A stretch of DNA of 64,000 nucleotides from Polymyxa betae A26-41 (GCA_003693705.1 RBZT01000423.1:1-64000); one strand, 5' to 3'; positions 40,680 to 55,033 are shown, counted from the first letter of the stretch. Numbers and translations: made by a program. Notes: a model not told the origin generated them from the letters alone.

Positions 40680-41460
40680 TTATTCTTCCATATCCATATT
40701 AGATGAGTGGACAGAATCAAATTGGCCATTGGACCACATATGCAGTACATCGATCTTGAAAGTAGCAAGTTGTTGTCCGAACAATTTCAACAGACGACAT
40801 TGTTCAGGTGTTAGGACGTCACCTTCAGAACATACTTTGTGATCACCAAGCAACTCGATAACACCTGAGCAATTACATAAGAGATTTATATTTGCAGTAT
40901 CAGAAAACAGGGACATGCCTTTGTTAAGTTTTGTATCGAGACCAAGTTGTCTTAAGGCAGGTTCCATAGAAAAAGGCAGATCAATGGGTCCTTTAGGAAC
41001 ACAGAATTCTACATTTGATACAAAACCAGTTCGAGCATATTCAGCGACCTGATTTTTCTCAAAATATGTTTGCAGCTCTTGCAAAGAAGAGTTGGTAAAC
41101 ATTAAGCCGCAATCTCCTTTAATGCAGGTCGATAGCTTACTCAGTAATGGTTTATATTCATCATGTTCAGTTCTGCCCAAGGCCACTGTCATGATTTTAT
41201 TCTAAATTGTTTCACAATCTTAGCATATTCAAAGATACGATAAAATTACATACCTTGCCAAAGAAGAATTTCGATGTGGGCCAATCTGATCGTACTTGCT
41301 TAATATGATTGTTTCGCATGTTGTTGACTTGAATAACATAAATGTATTTGAATTGATCAACACATTCACGAACTAGATCAACATGAGCAGTCTTAGCTGG
41401 TCGAGCCTTCTTCAGAGTTTTCGTCAAGGAGACGACTTTGGCACGCTTTGATCTTGGCAT
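40680..41460 (-). CDS. MRT4: ribosome assembly factor Mrt4
   Basis: MPRSKRAKVVSLTKT, NMRNNHIKQVR, FFFGK, FSMEPALRQLGL, LTPEQCRLLKLFG. Confidence 0.96.
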
Positions 41461-41677
41461 TGGTATAGATCAGGGACTAACAAGGTGGAATCAAGAAAAA
41501 ACCAGCCAGAAATGAAGGATTCTCGATTGTCGTGAAAGGTCCGAGACGGAATGCGCCACGGACATATCAACCATCACCAAAAAACGTTTCAGAAACTTTT
41601 GCACGTTACCATACAAGTCAGAAACGTTTTCGTGAAACCGCGAAGTGCATGTTCTTATGAATTTGGTCAATAAAGGG

Positions 41678-43684
41678 CTATTGAAGTTTACTGAATCCTT
41701 CCGTTGTAGATAGCGGAAGCGAAATTTTCCCATATTCGGTATTCCAGAATGCATCCATCAGCGTCTGTTTAGGTTTTGCACCTGATCGGGCATTTATAAC
41801 AGATACATGGCGAACTTTGCCGATTATGTTTGCTGCAGCTCTATGTACATCAGACCATAGGTCAACTGTTGCTGCAACTACAGACAACATCGTCCACATT
41901 GATTCATATACAGCGGGAATAACAGCAGCGCTGATAGTATGCGGCAGGAAAGTTGCATCTCGCGATATTGATGCATCTCGTAAGGCATCGATAGCCACAG
42001 ATAAGTCCTGAATTTCGGACCGCTGCAGATCAGGCTTTAACATGGTGTGAATGCAGGTGGAAACAATCGTCTGCAGGCGGCAATTTCTCCAGCTAGAATT
42101 CAGTACAACTTGCTTCGGATCCAATAGAGACCCTAGGCGCCTTCTTAAACGTGTAGAATGTGATTCATTGACACACGATGATCTGACGGTCATGATCTTA
42201 GCAATGAGATCGAATTGTTGCACGAAAGATTGAACTTCATCTGGAATGACAGTCTCATTCAGAACAGGTTGGGCAACGGGTGCTGGAACAACATCATGAA
42301 GATAAAGGCGATTTCCATGAAGCCCCATTATCTGTAATACGTTTAGTTCTGAAAATCTTTGCAGCATATTTAGGGCATACCAAACGAGGTGGTTCGTCTT
42401 CCTTATTAGAGAAGAACAAGTAACTGTTTGGGACAAGGACAGCTTTCATCAAAGGTGCTGTCAAAGGCGAAGATAAGTTCGATGGGGTCACGATCTGAAT
42501 CGATGCAAACATGGTCCGAAAAAAATCGAAGTTCTCAGGAGCGTGGGACCAAAATACATCTTTAGAACGTCTGGTCAGCCTGGTAACTCAGATATTCAAT
42601 TCGAAGCAAGCTGAATACAAGCAACCCGACCATGATGAAGACCCAAGTTGAATTAATCCATGTGAGATCTCGTTCTGGTCTTGAATGCGATCAAGCTCGT
42701 TCTGTTCCGGATTTGGATACAGAAAAGAAACACTAAATCGTTTTCCGATATTCGCTTGCTTTCTTGACTTCTTCATTGGGATTCCGCTGATATTGATGGA
42801 GCGAAGATCTAAATGTCGTTGTGCTAATTCCCAACAAGCCGTAAATATCTGATAACTTCATAAACAACATACTGGTGTATAGCGACGTTAATACAATGTA
42901 CATTATCGAAATGCACCACAAACGTCTCGACCGCGATCGGAAACGCATCCGACAAAGAGAACGGTGCCATAATCGTGCAACTGGAACTGAAACATGACAG
43001 ATCTGTCTCAATCTGATCCATAACAACACGAATGATGGTTAATTTGATATGGGTTTCTCTTCCCAGTGCTAATACTGCATTCTGCACTGATTCGAAGATA
43101 GAAACAGGAGATTCAACATCGTCTAATTTGATTTCTGTATCATGAATTCCCTGAATCCAAACTATACTTACATTTCCGTGCCAGAAAAAATGTTTAACAT
43201 TTGAAACAGTGTTATATTTCCAAAACCATGAGAATGTACAAATTAAGGAAGAGAGAAACGCTGAAAAAATACGGTCATGAGTGCTTACCCTTTGATATCG
43301 CATCATTATGACGATTCTGTCACCATTTCGCAAAGATTGGCAGGCAAGAGCAATAGATTGTTGCCAACCAGCCAGCGTTAAATCCGAACAAGGACCCAGA
43401 TCTTTGTTCTGATATGGATGATGAATGTGAGGATTCAAACCAGTGCAAACAACTGGCAATTCAATTGGCTCAAGACTGATATCACGAACCAGACGTTCAT
43501 ATTCGCTAATGCCTTCCAGACAAGAATCAATCATGCTACGATGATATACTGCATTGAGCGTCGGCTTCTTCTTCAGCTCGATGGACAGTGCTGACGATAC
43601 AGGATTGGAATCGCAGCAGTCGACGAGGAAGACAATGGGAGATGCAATGGTTTGATGACGTTTGTCATGAGACATAATAATCAA
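41678..43684 (-). CDS. INTS13: Asunder/Integrator subunit 13-like vWA protein
   Basis: IVFLVDCC...RSMIDSCLEGISEYERLVRDI, IPMKK...FSVSFLY and LHGNRLYLHDV parallel conserved Asunder blocks. Confidence 0.6.
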
Positions 43685-45069
43685 TGATGATGATGTTTGG
43701 ATTTAGCTCGCACTTCATAAAAAGAGAAAAATGCCTGCTCTAAGAATAAGAGGTAGTGTAATGAGTATATATGATGATGGGGTGACAATTGTTGACACTA
43801 ACATCCCATTTCTGATTTCTCTATGATTGTTTTAATACCCAGTCAATTTGGTTATTAAGCTATAAAGACAATATGTTGGCGTTGATAGCAACTTCCACCC
43901 ACGTGAAGCTCAGCCATCTGTCAAAAAACAGGTATCGGCTCCAGCTTTCCAATTGAACGCCATTGCCTGACTATTTATTCTCGCCAATGCCTCTCAAAAA
44001 ATTGGAATGATTGAAAATCAGGAGAAGCACTCTTTCTGACGTCTTCTGTGCCAGGTGAGTGGATGCATTAAAATGTCCACGCTCGAGTATCTACGCTTGC
44101 GACGACGATGGTTCCTTTTGGTTACAAAAGCACATTCGACTGGGTAGGAGTCTAAAACGTCGAAATGGGGGGGGGGGGTGTCTGCTGCTGCTGACGTAGA
44201 TTTAAACACCCGCTTTGAGTTCGAAATCTTTGGTTAGGTTGACTTCTAACGACAGTCTAAGGATTATATAAATAAGCTCTAGCCCTGAGGGTCTAGCCCC
44301 TCACCTCGTTCTTGCCTCACCCTGAGCCTTTTAATATAAAACAAAGCATAGTTGTACATTGGCGTTGAGCATTTTGATCTGGATGTGAGTGAGATGTACA
44401 GCAAAACGATGGAGCGGGAAAGCAATCGATTATCCAACTCCCCAGGGCAAAGCATTGAGATACCCTGCATCGCTTATCTTAGCGTTTTTAGTATTACATC
44501 TGTGTTTAAATCGGTGTACAGTATTTTATATACTGTTTGGTGAGTTCTCGATCCCAGTGTGTGGCTATCCTGGTTTTTGCAGAGAAATGGATTCTAGTCA
44601 ATGCAAACAGCACAAGATTGAAACACATAGCAGCTGAGCTTTACATTACCTAAAAAAAGATTTAATTTCTTTCCATATTTTGTTGCGGTCTTCGTTTTTC
44701 CAAAAGTATCAGCAAGACATATCTGTAATAAGAATAGAATAGGGCTTAGACAACTTATTAAATTCCGATCAAGCTCGAGGTATTCTCGCGATAACATGGT
44801 ATAAAGCGTAAAAGTCTCGAGGCGATTCCAGAATCAAGCAAAGACCGCACACCTGTCGACAGAAATGTAGAGAGATTGGGAGAGGAGAACGATAAGCTAT
44901 GCAGCCTACCTTAGGAGGACGCAGCCCATGAAGAAGTGGATTTAAGACTGGATTAACTGGATAGTCAATTAAAATACGCATTGAGGTGTCCCTCTGTTTG
45001 ATAGCTGGTAAATGAACCGGGTCTGATCTCCTCTCTGCTACAGGATACTTAATCATGATTCTCAATATC

Positions 45070-47219
45070 ATGAAAACATCTTCATTTCTAACTGTCACGC
45101 TTCTGTTAGCATCATCGTTGGCTAGTTCTTCAGATGTTATCGGGTTTCGTGGCCCAGCTCTGCACTTTCTGGACGCCGTACAGATTCAAACTCAGTCGAT
45201 TGGGTATATGAACTAACCCCATGCCTTATAGGATCACCCAGTCTATTTCAAAGATGCTTTATTGGTGGTAAATGCCACTTCAGGAACTGTCCTGGACTTC
45301 GACGAGTTTCAAAAGATCTCAGAAAAATTTGTCTTTTCCTCTATCCGAACCTATTCGTCAGATCAGCTAATTACGCCTGGGTCTGTTTCCATTCAATATA
45401 CATTTGCTATCTGAATTTGTTTATTCGACTTAGGTTTATTGATTGTCATTCACATGCTCCACAGATAGAGTAAGACCTCGTTGCCTTACAGTTTGCCAGC
45501 TTTTTTAAATGGGATTTTACAGTATGATAGGAAGTTATGGCTACAGCCTAGAAGAATGGCTGCATGATTATACATTCCCAAGCGAGGCCAAATATATGGA
45601 TGTCCAATTTGCTGAATCCAGCACAAAACGATATTTTAATCAGCTGTTGCGGTCAGGGATTACGTCTGCTTTAATTTATAATGCCATCTTCTCTGAGGCA
45701 ACAGCTGCTGTGTTCAACGAGGCTTTGAAAAGAAATATGAGGATCATCACAGGAATTAATGGAATGTCAGATTGTGCATATGCGCCCGAATTTCAAGACA
45801 AGCAAGGCAAAAAACATCCCATGTGCAACAGCTTTCGTTTTGATGACCGTCAGGGAGAAATCAGCGCTAAAGTTATTGATCATGAAACGAGAAGACTTTA
45901 TCACCAGTTCCATGGGAGTGGGCGCCTTCTGTATGCCCTCATGCCAAGGTACGATTTGTTGCCAAAATATTTCTAAAATCTAACTTTAGAGTAGGTTTTT
46001 GACGACTTCTACTCCAGCAGAATTAGAAACCTGGGCGAAACTTTACCGAGATCTGCCGGAGGTGTTCTTCCACACTCATATTGCTGAGAATCTTCAAGTC
46101 CGAATACATTATTTACGAATCAGAAAAATCTGTTAAATTGTAGTCTAGGTAACAATAAGCAGTGTTGCCCGCTTCAAAGAAAAAGCGGCAAGATTTTATG
46201 AACCTGATTCTAAAATCCTGGACGCTATTCGCTCCAGCGTTACTCAGTTGGAGATCTGGAATGCGTATGGTCTGCTCACGGATCGGACCAGCTTCGCTCA
46301 TGGCATTCGTAAGGATTAGAAACACTTAAGATGATGCGCTCAATGTAAAATACAGATTTAACACATCTCGATTACGAATTGTTGCGAAATTCGTCAGCAA
46401 CACTTTGTCACTGTCCTACCTCGAAGTTAATATGACATCTCTATGACCACACTGATTACTAATTTCACTTTAGCCTGTTTCTAGATAGTGGGTTATTCAA
46501 CCTTGGAGAAGCTATTGCAAACAAGCTTGACGTTGGAGTTGGTACTGATATTGGTGCGGGTACTACATTTGAGTTGCTCTCAACCATGGGAGAGGTGTAC
46601 TTTAAGTATTTTACTTTATTACGTAAGAACTGACTTCTGCGTTCCCAGGTTTATAAGGTAGCAATAAGCAGCGCTGAATCTGTTTCCAACATCGCTAAGC
46701 CTGATGAACCATATTTGAACACGAACAATACGAAGTCAGATTACAGAATTCCAGTGAAACAGAGCTATCGCGTGTCTCCTTTCACTCAGCTGTATATGTT
46801 AACACTTGGAACTGCCCGTCAACTTCGTGTCGATAATTACGTTGGGAACTTTGTCAAAGGAAAAGAAGCAGACTTCGTTGTACTAGATCTTCTGCCGAGC
46901 CCGTTGCACGCCCGAAGATTGCACGCATACGCTCTCAACAACAATCCATCTGACATCGAGGTAAGCACCATTATGGGTACGATTTTTTCCTGATTCCTTT
47001 TTTCTACAGTATTTATCTCAGGCGATCTTTGGAATAACTGCGGTTGGGCACGACAGATCGGTTGCTGAGACTTATATTCTGGGAAAGAAAGCCTATGATC
47101 GGGAGTTGAACTATCTGGATCCTCTCGATAACGATTATTTTTTAAATATGACAGACGGCAGGGAAATCGTTCACTTGGATAAGTCCAATTCGGTTCCGAT
47201 CATTGTATCATCTTTATAA
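45070..47219 (+). CDS. guaD: guanine deaminase (amidohydrolase) with signal peptide
   Basis: PGFIDCHSHAPQ, LEEWLHDYTFPSE, HTHIAEN, FAHGIH, HCPTSN, GVGTDIGAG, GKEADFVVLD. Confidence 0.92.
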
Positions 47220-47416
47220 ATGCTACCGTTCAGGATGCATCAACTGCAATCTTTCTTTGATGCCATGTGCTATGAAATGTTATTAAAAGATTACTAGGGA
47301 GTTTCCAGAAACCATGAACTATACCAGTTATGTGTTTTCAAAACAAAGAGAAGGCTCAATCGACTATTCCATATGAATAGGCTGATCGAATTAGAATACG
47401 TTCACTACTGTACCGT

Positions 47417-48063
47417 ATGGCTATGACTGAACAAGTATCAGCGAAGACCTCTTCATCGCTATCCAATTTGCTTGAGCAATCTCTTGATGGTCTCAACACA
47501 GTCCGAACTGAGAATGATCGAGTAATATTCACAGGTTTACACTTTAAATTCTCCAACTTTTTCTTTTGTAACTCAATATCCAGCTGACATTAAACAAGTT
47601 CGAGCTACTCCGACGCCCAAAGATAAGGTTAGTTTAGGCTAACACTGGATAGCCTACAGATTCCCAATTGCCATCGTGTCAGATTGTTCCAGCTCCGATA
47701 GTTGAGATCTCCAATCTGTATGCGGAAAGCCTTCGCGAAGTTGAAAAAGAATCTGGAAATAATGTAGGCATTGCTGTATTTGCTGGAGGTATGGCGATAT
47801 TGTCATCTCTTCCAGCTTATAGAGTGTCCTATAAGACAGCACTTAAAGCATTACATCGAGTTTTCTATATCGCTAAACGGAGAGGTCTTCAAAGTGTTAA
47901 TGAGGAAGCTTTTGCTTGTTGGCAAACACATTGTCTGAGGAATTTTGATAAGAAGGCAAGTGTGGCTATGTTAATCATTGATGCTGGAGCTGGGACTAAG
48001 AATGATCGTGATATGCTACGACGATATGGATATGAATGTCCTGATGAAACAGAACAGTCATAA
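47417..48063 (+). CDS. hypothetical protein, probably 3 exons
   Basis: ATG at ~47417, two GT..AG introns, 131-codon terminal exon. Confidence 0.5.
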
Positions 48064-48296
48064 CAAAACTCAAGACAAAACCCTAAAGCAAAAGTTTTCT
48101 GCAAACGGCATTCATCATCAGTTCATCACCAATTTGAATAATTTTCATAATTTCGTATACAGTTTCGCGGAATAATTCAAAATAAAATTCCGTAACTTTT
48201 CAAAATTTTGCACAACGTTTGTTGTGAAACAAAATTGGCGAAGTATCCCAGCAACGACAACTACAACTGGAAACCTTCCAGAATCTTATCACGAAG

Positions 48297-50050
48297 ATGG
48301 ACCCAGAATCCAATACAAATCCCTGGTCAACGCCTAGAAGTCATTCCTTAGCAGATGCGACAAACCCGATTTTGATGGTAGGCAGTCCTCCAGGTCCTGA
48401 ATTTGCTGTTGGTAGCCCTCCAACCAATGATCCCTTACATAATCTGTATAATATGTTCCCTCAGGTCTTTCTGAACAATCGCCATATTTACTATTCTAAA
48501 CTTTGCCTAAGGTTGATTTGAATACCGTTAACTCGGTGTTTGAACGTTCAGGTCGAAACCCGAGTGTGTGTGCTGAAATGCTTCTTTCAATACATCCATT
48601 ATCACAATCTGGTGATTATTGCAATTTTGCAGAACCGTTGGTCGTGTCAGATTCTGGCAACGTATAAAGATTTTGCTCTATAATGTGAAATAACTTGTTT
48701 TGTGATGTAGGGGGCCAGCATCGATTTTTTTCGAGGATTGCCTTTCGAGACAATTAAGATGATTGCAAAATTTTTAACTTTATTCGATTTGGCAAATTTT
48801 GGCTGCGTTAATCGTGAATGTAAGCGTCTTGCTGAAGAAGAATTATGTACGATCACCATGCTTCATAACGCAGGTATTTTCATTTCTTTCTTGTTTGTAT
48901 ACAACGAATATATCGATTTGATGATCCAGGTGGTATGCGACAGGCATCTGATGAACGAATATTGAATATGCTGGCTCGCTTTCCTCGCTTAACCACTGTT
49001 TCTCTATACAAGTGTGCCGATTTCCAGAATTTTGCTTTATTACCGGTCGCGCTGCGAAATACTCAGATAATGTGTGTTTTTCAACTGAATCGCTTTTCAA
49101 TTGCGATATAACGTTGATGTTCCCAGGAGCCTTAATTTGGGGTTCTGTGAGCATCTCAATGATGATGATATTCGTGTGATTATGAAAGGACTTCCAACTC
49201 TACAACAACTTGACCTTACTGGAACTTATATTTCAGATGAAGCTCTCGAGAGCATCTCTGCTTTTGGCGCTGGCAGATTGAGACGTCTGATTTTGTCAAG
49301 CTGCGAAAATATAACCGATTTTGGTACGATATCTTGCATGTACTTCAAAGTTCCATGAGCATTGTGCTTAGGAATTGGTTTTGTAAACGCAAGGTGTTCA
49401 ACCTTAGAAGAGCTCGATTTAAAATTCACTCACATCAAACCAATTGCATTAGAACCAACTACCAGTGGTGCTAGGCTGATGAAATTAGTTATGTCTTCTT
49501 GCAAGCGAGTCTCCAGAGTCACATTCGCTAATGAATTCGCATCGCTTAGGACGTTAGTGTTATCATCGAATCAGAATATGACATCAGTGGTTACTGATTT
49601 ACCAAATTTGAATGCTCTTAATCTTTCGACTTCCAAACAGCTCAGAAGGCTGGTTCTGAATTCACCTGTGCTTATTGTTTTAAATTTAAGCGGATGCAGC
49701 CGCCTATCTGAAGCTGAATTTTCGGTTGCGGCATTAACTCGTGTTAATCTGTATAATTGCAGGTAGTTGAGTATTTGTTGAATGGTGTAGGCGGATATTG
49801 ATTATTTACATATAGGTCTCTGCCGTTCAACAGTATAGACTCGCTTATTCGAGGCAGCAGGAGTCACCTGCAGGATGTTGATCTAAGGGCATTGCCACAG
49901 CTGATGGATGATGAAACAGCACATCTCGTCAGTCTCTGTCCTGCTATTGAACGATTCGATGTTACTGGCTGTAAAGCTTTGACACCAGCTGGCGCTGATG
50001 TCATTTCCGGGTTAGTTCTGGCTGCAATTAGCAGAAGGTCAAGGCCTTAA
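48297..50050 (+). CDS. CUE + F-box + LRR protein
   Basis: LYNMFPQ|VDLNTVNSVFERSGRN...AEMLL (CUE); LPFETIKMIAKFLTLFDLANFGCVNRE (F-box); LxxLxLxxC repeats. Confidence 0.85.
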
Positions 50051-50128
50051 TCCTAACTTCTAAATACAGTAAATATAACATTCATAAATGTGTCAAGAAT
50101 ATTCAGGTGTATTTTAAAATCAGGGATT

Positions 50129-53100
50129 TTATCTGAAGTCTTGATAATCGTGTAAGGAGGACATGTGACGTTCTTTGGAGAGAATATCTGTGATATCAAA
50201 TGTACCTGGCCCTGATGCTTCCTCCAGATCAGTTGACACTTGAAATAAAACTTTTTTTACGTCAGAATTTGTGCAAGAATTAATCACGTCTGAAAGTCGT
50301 TCTTTGAAGGCTGGATTGTGCTTATACAGAGCTGGGTGATTCAATGCGCTAAAAGCACTTGAAGCAACTTTCTTATTAGAGGACCGGCAAAGTTCTAGAA
50401 GCGCTTCGATCACGTCAGGATAGTCGAAATGGTCAGTTGCAATAAACGATCCAAAGGCGCGACAGACATTCCACTGAATTTTGACATTTAAGGGATGGTC
50501 GCTCAAAAGCAGCAGCAGGTTCGGAATAACTAGATGTGCCAGTTCTCGGAAGGCATCTTTGAGCAATAGATGAGCAGAGTTGAGAGCATTCAGCATGAAA
50601 GCATTACCTAATGTAAAAACCGATGCACATATTCTAAGAGCATTAATGATTATCGGAATATTTTGAGATTCCAAGTATTCCTTGACAATATGTAGCACGT
50701 GTTTTGACTCGCAAAACAAAATATCGGCGCCTGGTAGCTTGCAAATTAACAGCAGCAGAACTACAGCCCAAAAATCTGTACATTTCGATGGAATATTTAG
50801 ACAATCCAGAATATCGGAAAGCGCTTGAGCAGCACGGTTTCGGGCTGATATTGTTTTCTTATGGCAGCTATATCTGAGGATATGAGGAAGGATGTATTGA
50901 ATTATTGATGAATCGACCTAGAAGCAGAATTATATAATTATAAATAAAAATCACCCATAGTATTTTACACTGTATGAACCAAGTGCACCAATAAACCTAA
51001 AAAAGGCACTTTGTAATCGTTCCGCAAAAGACGAGAAATCGACATTGCAACAGTAGAACCGAATGAGGTCGCATAGCTGAAGTCTCAGTGATTCAGTGAT
51101 TTCATTCGTCCAAGAATGACGCGAAATCCTCGAAAGAGTTATCAAACATTTCGACTTTAGATGCAATGATGCGCTCTGTGACTTCTCAGAAAACTTTCAT
51201 CATGATAACGGTTTTACCTTGGCATCTTCAACGATAATTTGCAGTAACTCTTCACCACCTTCAAAAGTCAAAAATGTATTTATTACTCCTATACCAGCAC
51301 TCAAAACTAAACATTGCCAAGTTTACGATGGATTACCTTCAGTAGTACTAAGCCATTCTTCAATCAAGGTCAATGCGCTAAGTCGTACATGCTCATTACG
51401 GTGTCGTAATGCATCAAGTAGTTTTAGGCGAATTTGATACCAATGTTGCGAAAGCGCTAATGGACGACGCCTGGAAATTCTGCCAATAACTGTAAGCGAA
51501 TTTGGAGGGCTTCGATTATTATCGGATTGGCATTCTTTTAGCAGAGTTGACACCGCAAAATCTGAAGAAGAATTAGAAGATTCCAGTAAATTCGTAAAAG
51601 TGTATTGATAAACTGTACCGATAACAGCATCATCATACACCACTGGAGCGCTTGCAGTAGAAGCTAAACATGTAAACAAGTCGTGCTTTATGGAACTATG
51701 GCAATGGGGTAAAATTGCAAGCAGTTTGGCAAATATTTGGGATAAATATTCTCGTGAATGAGCCAGTGAGCTGTATGATAGTCTGAGCCTGACATTTAGA
51801 AACATGAAAACCTTCTCAAGTGGGTACGACCTTGTTGCAAGACTAGAAATAACCTTTAGAACAGCAAATTCAGGGCGATGACTAGAGAGACTATGAAGAC
51901 AGGCAAAATGCAAAGCATCAACGATCTCTTGAATCCGAGGGTTTAAACATGAGGCGCCTTTCGAAGACGAGCAATTGACTGAAGTAGCAGAAATAAGGGT
52001 TAGAATTTGCAATTAATGAAAATTACCGAAGTCGGTATGAAATGGAGCGCCTTCTATCATAGCAACAAGTGCTTCAGAAGATGCAATTCTTCAATAATCA
52101 GAGATCCTGTTACTTCTGACGCATCTGACATACCTGATCTTGGCGGCTGGATCAAAAAGCATGAAGGTTACCAGAGTGGGACCCCCAAATGGGTGACGAT
52201 CAACAGCAGAAGCAGCAGATATCGGAAGAAAAGATGACCAGAATCCGTTGACAAGAGACGGTATCATATGTGCAATTTTCTTAACACAAGCGAGGGCAGT
52301 AAAGCGAATTGAAATAAGTAAAGTAGTACCTAACAGCATAGTTATTACTCGATTATGAAATTATCAAAGACAGAGCTACCATCTGAATTAGCTTTTTTGC
52401 CAGACAAATCTAGCAAGAACTTTTCTGTCAAAATAAGGGATTTACGAAGAATCAGCACTATGGACGTTGATGATGCTTGAACCTGACGAATTTGAGCGAT
52501 TCAAGAACAAAAGATCTAGATAAGGTACTAACTGATGAAGTGGCGAACGGAATAATAGTTAGAAGGCATTGCAGTGAAGTTGATAGATTTTGCAATGACT
52601 CGCGCTTTATAATTCGTGGAATTTGTGATAATAACAAAATGAGTTCTCCATGAGCATTAAACTGCATCCCTTTGACAGGACTTAATCCAATAATTCGGGC
52701 TGCAATCAGAATTCAGAATGTACCAACTCGCTCAGCACTTTGCATACCGATGTTTTCAATAGCTAGTCGCTGAGTAGCTGGATCTGATGACTGGCAAAAT
52801 GGATACAGAACCTTTCTTATTCGATCGAACACATATATTATATTGGGGTTAAATAAATGAACTAAAGAAAGCAGGGTTTCTAATCCGTTAATTACAAGTG
52901 ATGGAAACTCCAAGCACTTCTCTAGAGCTGAAAGGATATTTACAGATTCTAAGAGCCAGCTTTACATCAACATTGGAAACAAGCAACAGAAAAATTTACC
53001 TAAAAGAGTCAAAGATGGCGACCAGTGGGCAAAATTCTGACATATTAAGCATAATACATGAGCATGATCTGGTTTTGATACATGTTCAATAAGGTATGAG

Positions 53101-53250
53101 ATGATAGAATGCAAACGGTGCTCAGGAATGGAACGATTTGCTATTTGGATGTTAATTTTGGAAAAGACGACAAGAATGGCGACCTACGCCTTCCCGGCTG
53201 GACTACTTGTAGCAGACTCTGGAAAGCATCGTCAATCAGTCGTTGAATGA
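50129..53250 (-). CDS. HEAT-repeat protein, HEATR6/DUF4042-like (5' end uncertain)
   Basis: FWSSFLP...PTLVTFMLFDPAAKIR, KIQWNVCRAFG, NKKVASSAFSAL; helical repeats. Confidence 0.7.
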
Positions 53251-53479
53251 TGAGCAGATCGATATGATCTATGCTAATATTGTTATGATTGATATTGTGT
53301 CTATCTGTGGTTTGCATTGATATTGTTACTCATACTACTTGTTTTGGGGTGATGGGGTCTTCACTCTTTCATCCTTCACGCAAACATCTCTTCTCGCTCA
53401 TTATCGCAATTTTTATTCCAAAAACCTTCGCTATCAATGCGCGTGTCTTGCGACCAGAGCTCGATGATATTTTCTCTCC

Positions 53480-54654
53480 ATGGGAAACCGGATTGGGAGG
53501 AAGTCGCCAACGGCTAATCATGCAAATGATCCTGATCCTACTGAGATCTCTGATCTTCGAGCTCTACACCTTAATGGAAGAGAATATTTACAGGATTTGC
53601 AGAATAAGCTGTTCCAAACGGAAACTGATCGGGATACACTTGAACAAGAACTTAACACTGTTCGCGCTTGGCTCGATCGTGTAGAAGCTGGTAATGCTGA
53701 GCTTTTAGAAGCATTAAAAGGTTTCCTCTTCTGACTCCGTCATTAATACACTTCTCACTCAAAGCCTGTAGACGCTAGGAATAAAACCACAGTCTTGACA
53801 TCTGAGCTTGAAGTAAAGAAGCAGCGTATAGTTGCTCTTCAATCAGAGGTCGAATCTCTTCACGATCAAGTTGCTTCATCGGAATATGCAACAAAGGTCT
53901 TTTTTGTAATCGCTGTCTATCTTGACCAAAAGCTTATCTTAATTCCAGGGATCGCAGATTTCTAGGAACGTGTCTTCCAGCGAACTTATTTCTTTATCAG
54001 AAAACACTCGTTCTATAGTACAACCGGAGTCAGAAAAGGATAAGGCGATAGCACAATATCAGAAGGAGATTAGTGGTCTGAAACTTGAGTTACGAAAGAA
54101 AGATCGTAGCATGAGGAAAGAGATGCGGTATGGTGAAATTATTCAGCGCTTTCATTTCAGCTCAGTTCAAGCCAGTCGTCATTCTAAACAGCTTCGTGAT
54201 GTTTCGGAAGCTGAAGTTGCTAAAGAATGGCATTCCGATCAAAGTTTGTTGATCGATGCCCACAATACGAAATTTCTTAACAGATCTGTAATTTCAGCAT
54301 ATTGCGATTTCATCCCGATGCTGATTGATGACAGATCGATATTATTTTTAGGACGCAGAAAGCAGCCCTAGCACGAGCTGATGAATTAAACCAAACACTT
54401 TCAGAACTGAATATGGTTCAATCAAAGGGTATAAGATTGTTTTATAACGCTCTAGAGATTAAAAGTTGTTTCCAGAACTAGAAAAGCAACAGCATGAATG
54501 GCAATCACAGCGATCTCTCCGTCGTGACTGTATGAAATCATTAGGTGTTGTCCCAGGTTTACAAAAGACTCATATCAATATCTCTTTAATGAATGTTAAC
54601 GAAGAGAAATCAGAAGCAGAATTAGATATGTTCGCCATGAACATCAGCAGCTAA
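53480..54654 (+). CDS. coiled-coil protein, multi-exon
   Basis: Heptad-rich exons (LQDLQNKLFQTETDRDTLEQEL; YQKEISGLKLELRKK) joined by GT-AG introns. Confidence 0.65.
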
Positions 54655-55033
54655 ATCTGCTGCGTTATATCCTTTGTTAGCGCAAAACATCAAGAAAACC
54701 CCGATAAAATTGGTAAACATTTCTAAATTTGGGTTTCACTTTTACCGAAAAGAATTGCTCGATAATGAGTTGTATATGTATGTATGCATGTAGAATGCAG
54801 CAACCAGAAGTAAGACGTCTTGGCTTTTCTTCGGTCATGAACAGGAAATCGATTCCTGGATAAATAAGAACCGAGGGTTTCTCGAATATAGGTTCACCTG
54901 AAAAGAATTCGACGATAACATTGGGATATGATATCTATCCTTCCTGTGTCTTTTGAAATAAGTTTTCAATCAAAATATTCTAAAGAATTGAAGATTGAAG
55001 ACAAAAAACGTTTATTGAAGACAGGGGAACGAA

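Noticed and set aside
43768-43820. C/D-box snoRNA-like ATGATGA...CTGA
   Set aside because: Only ~45 nt between the boxes, no terminal stem and no evident guide.
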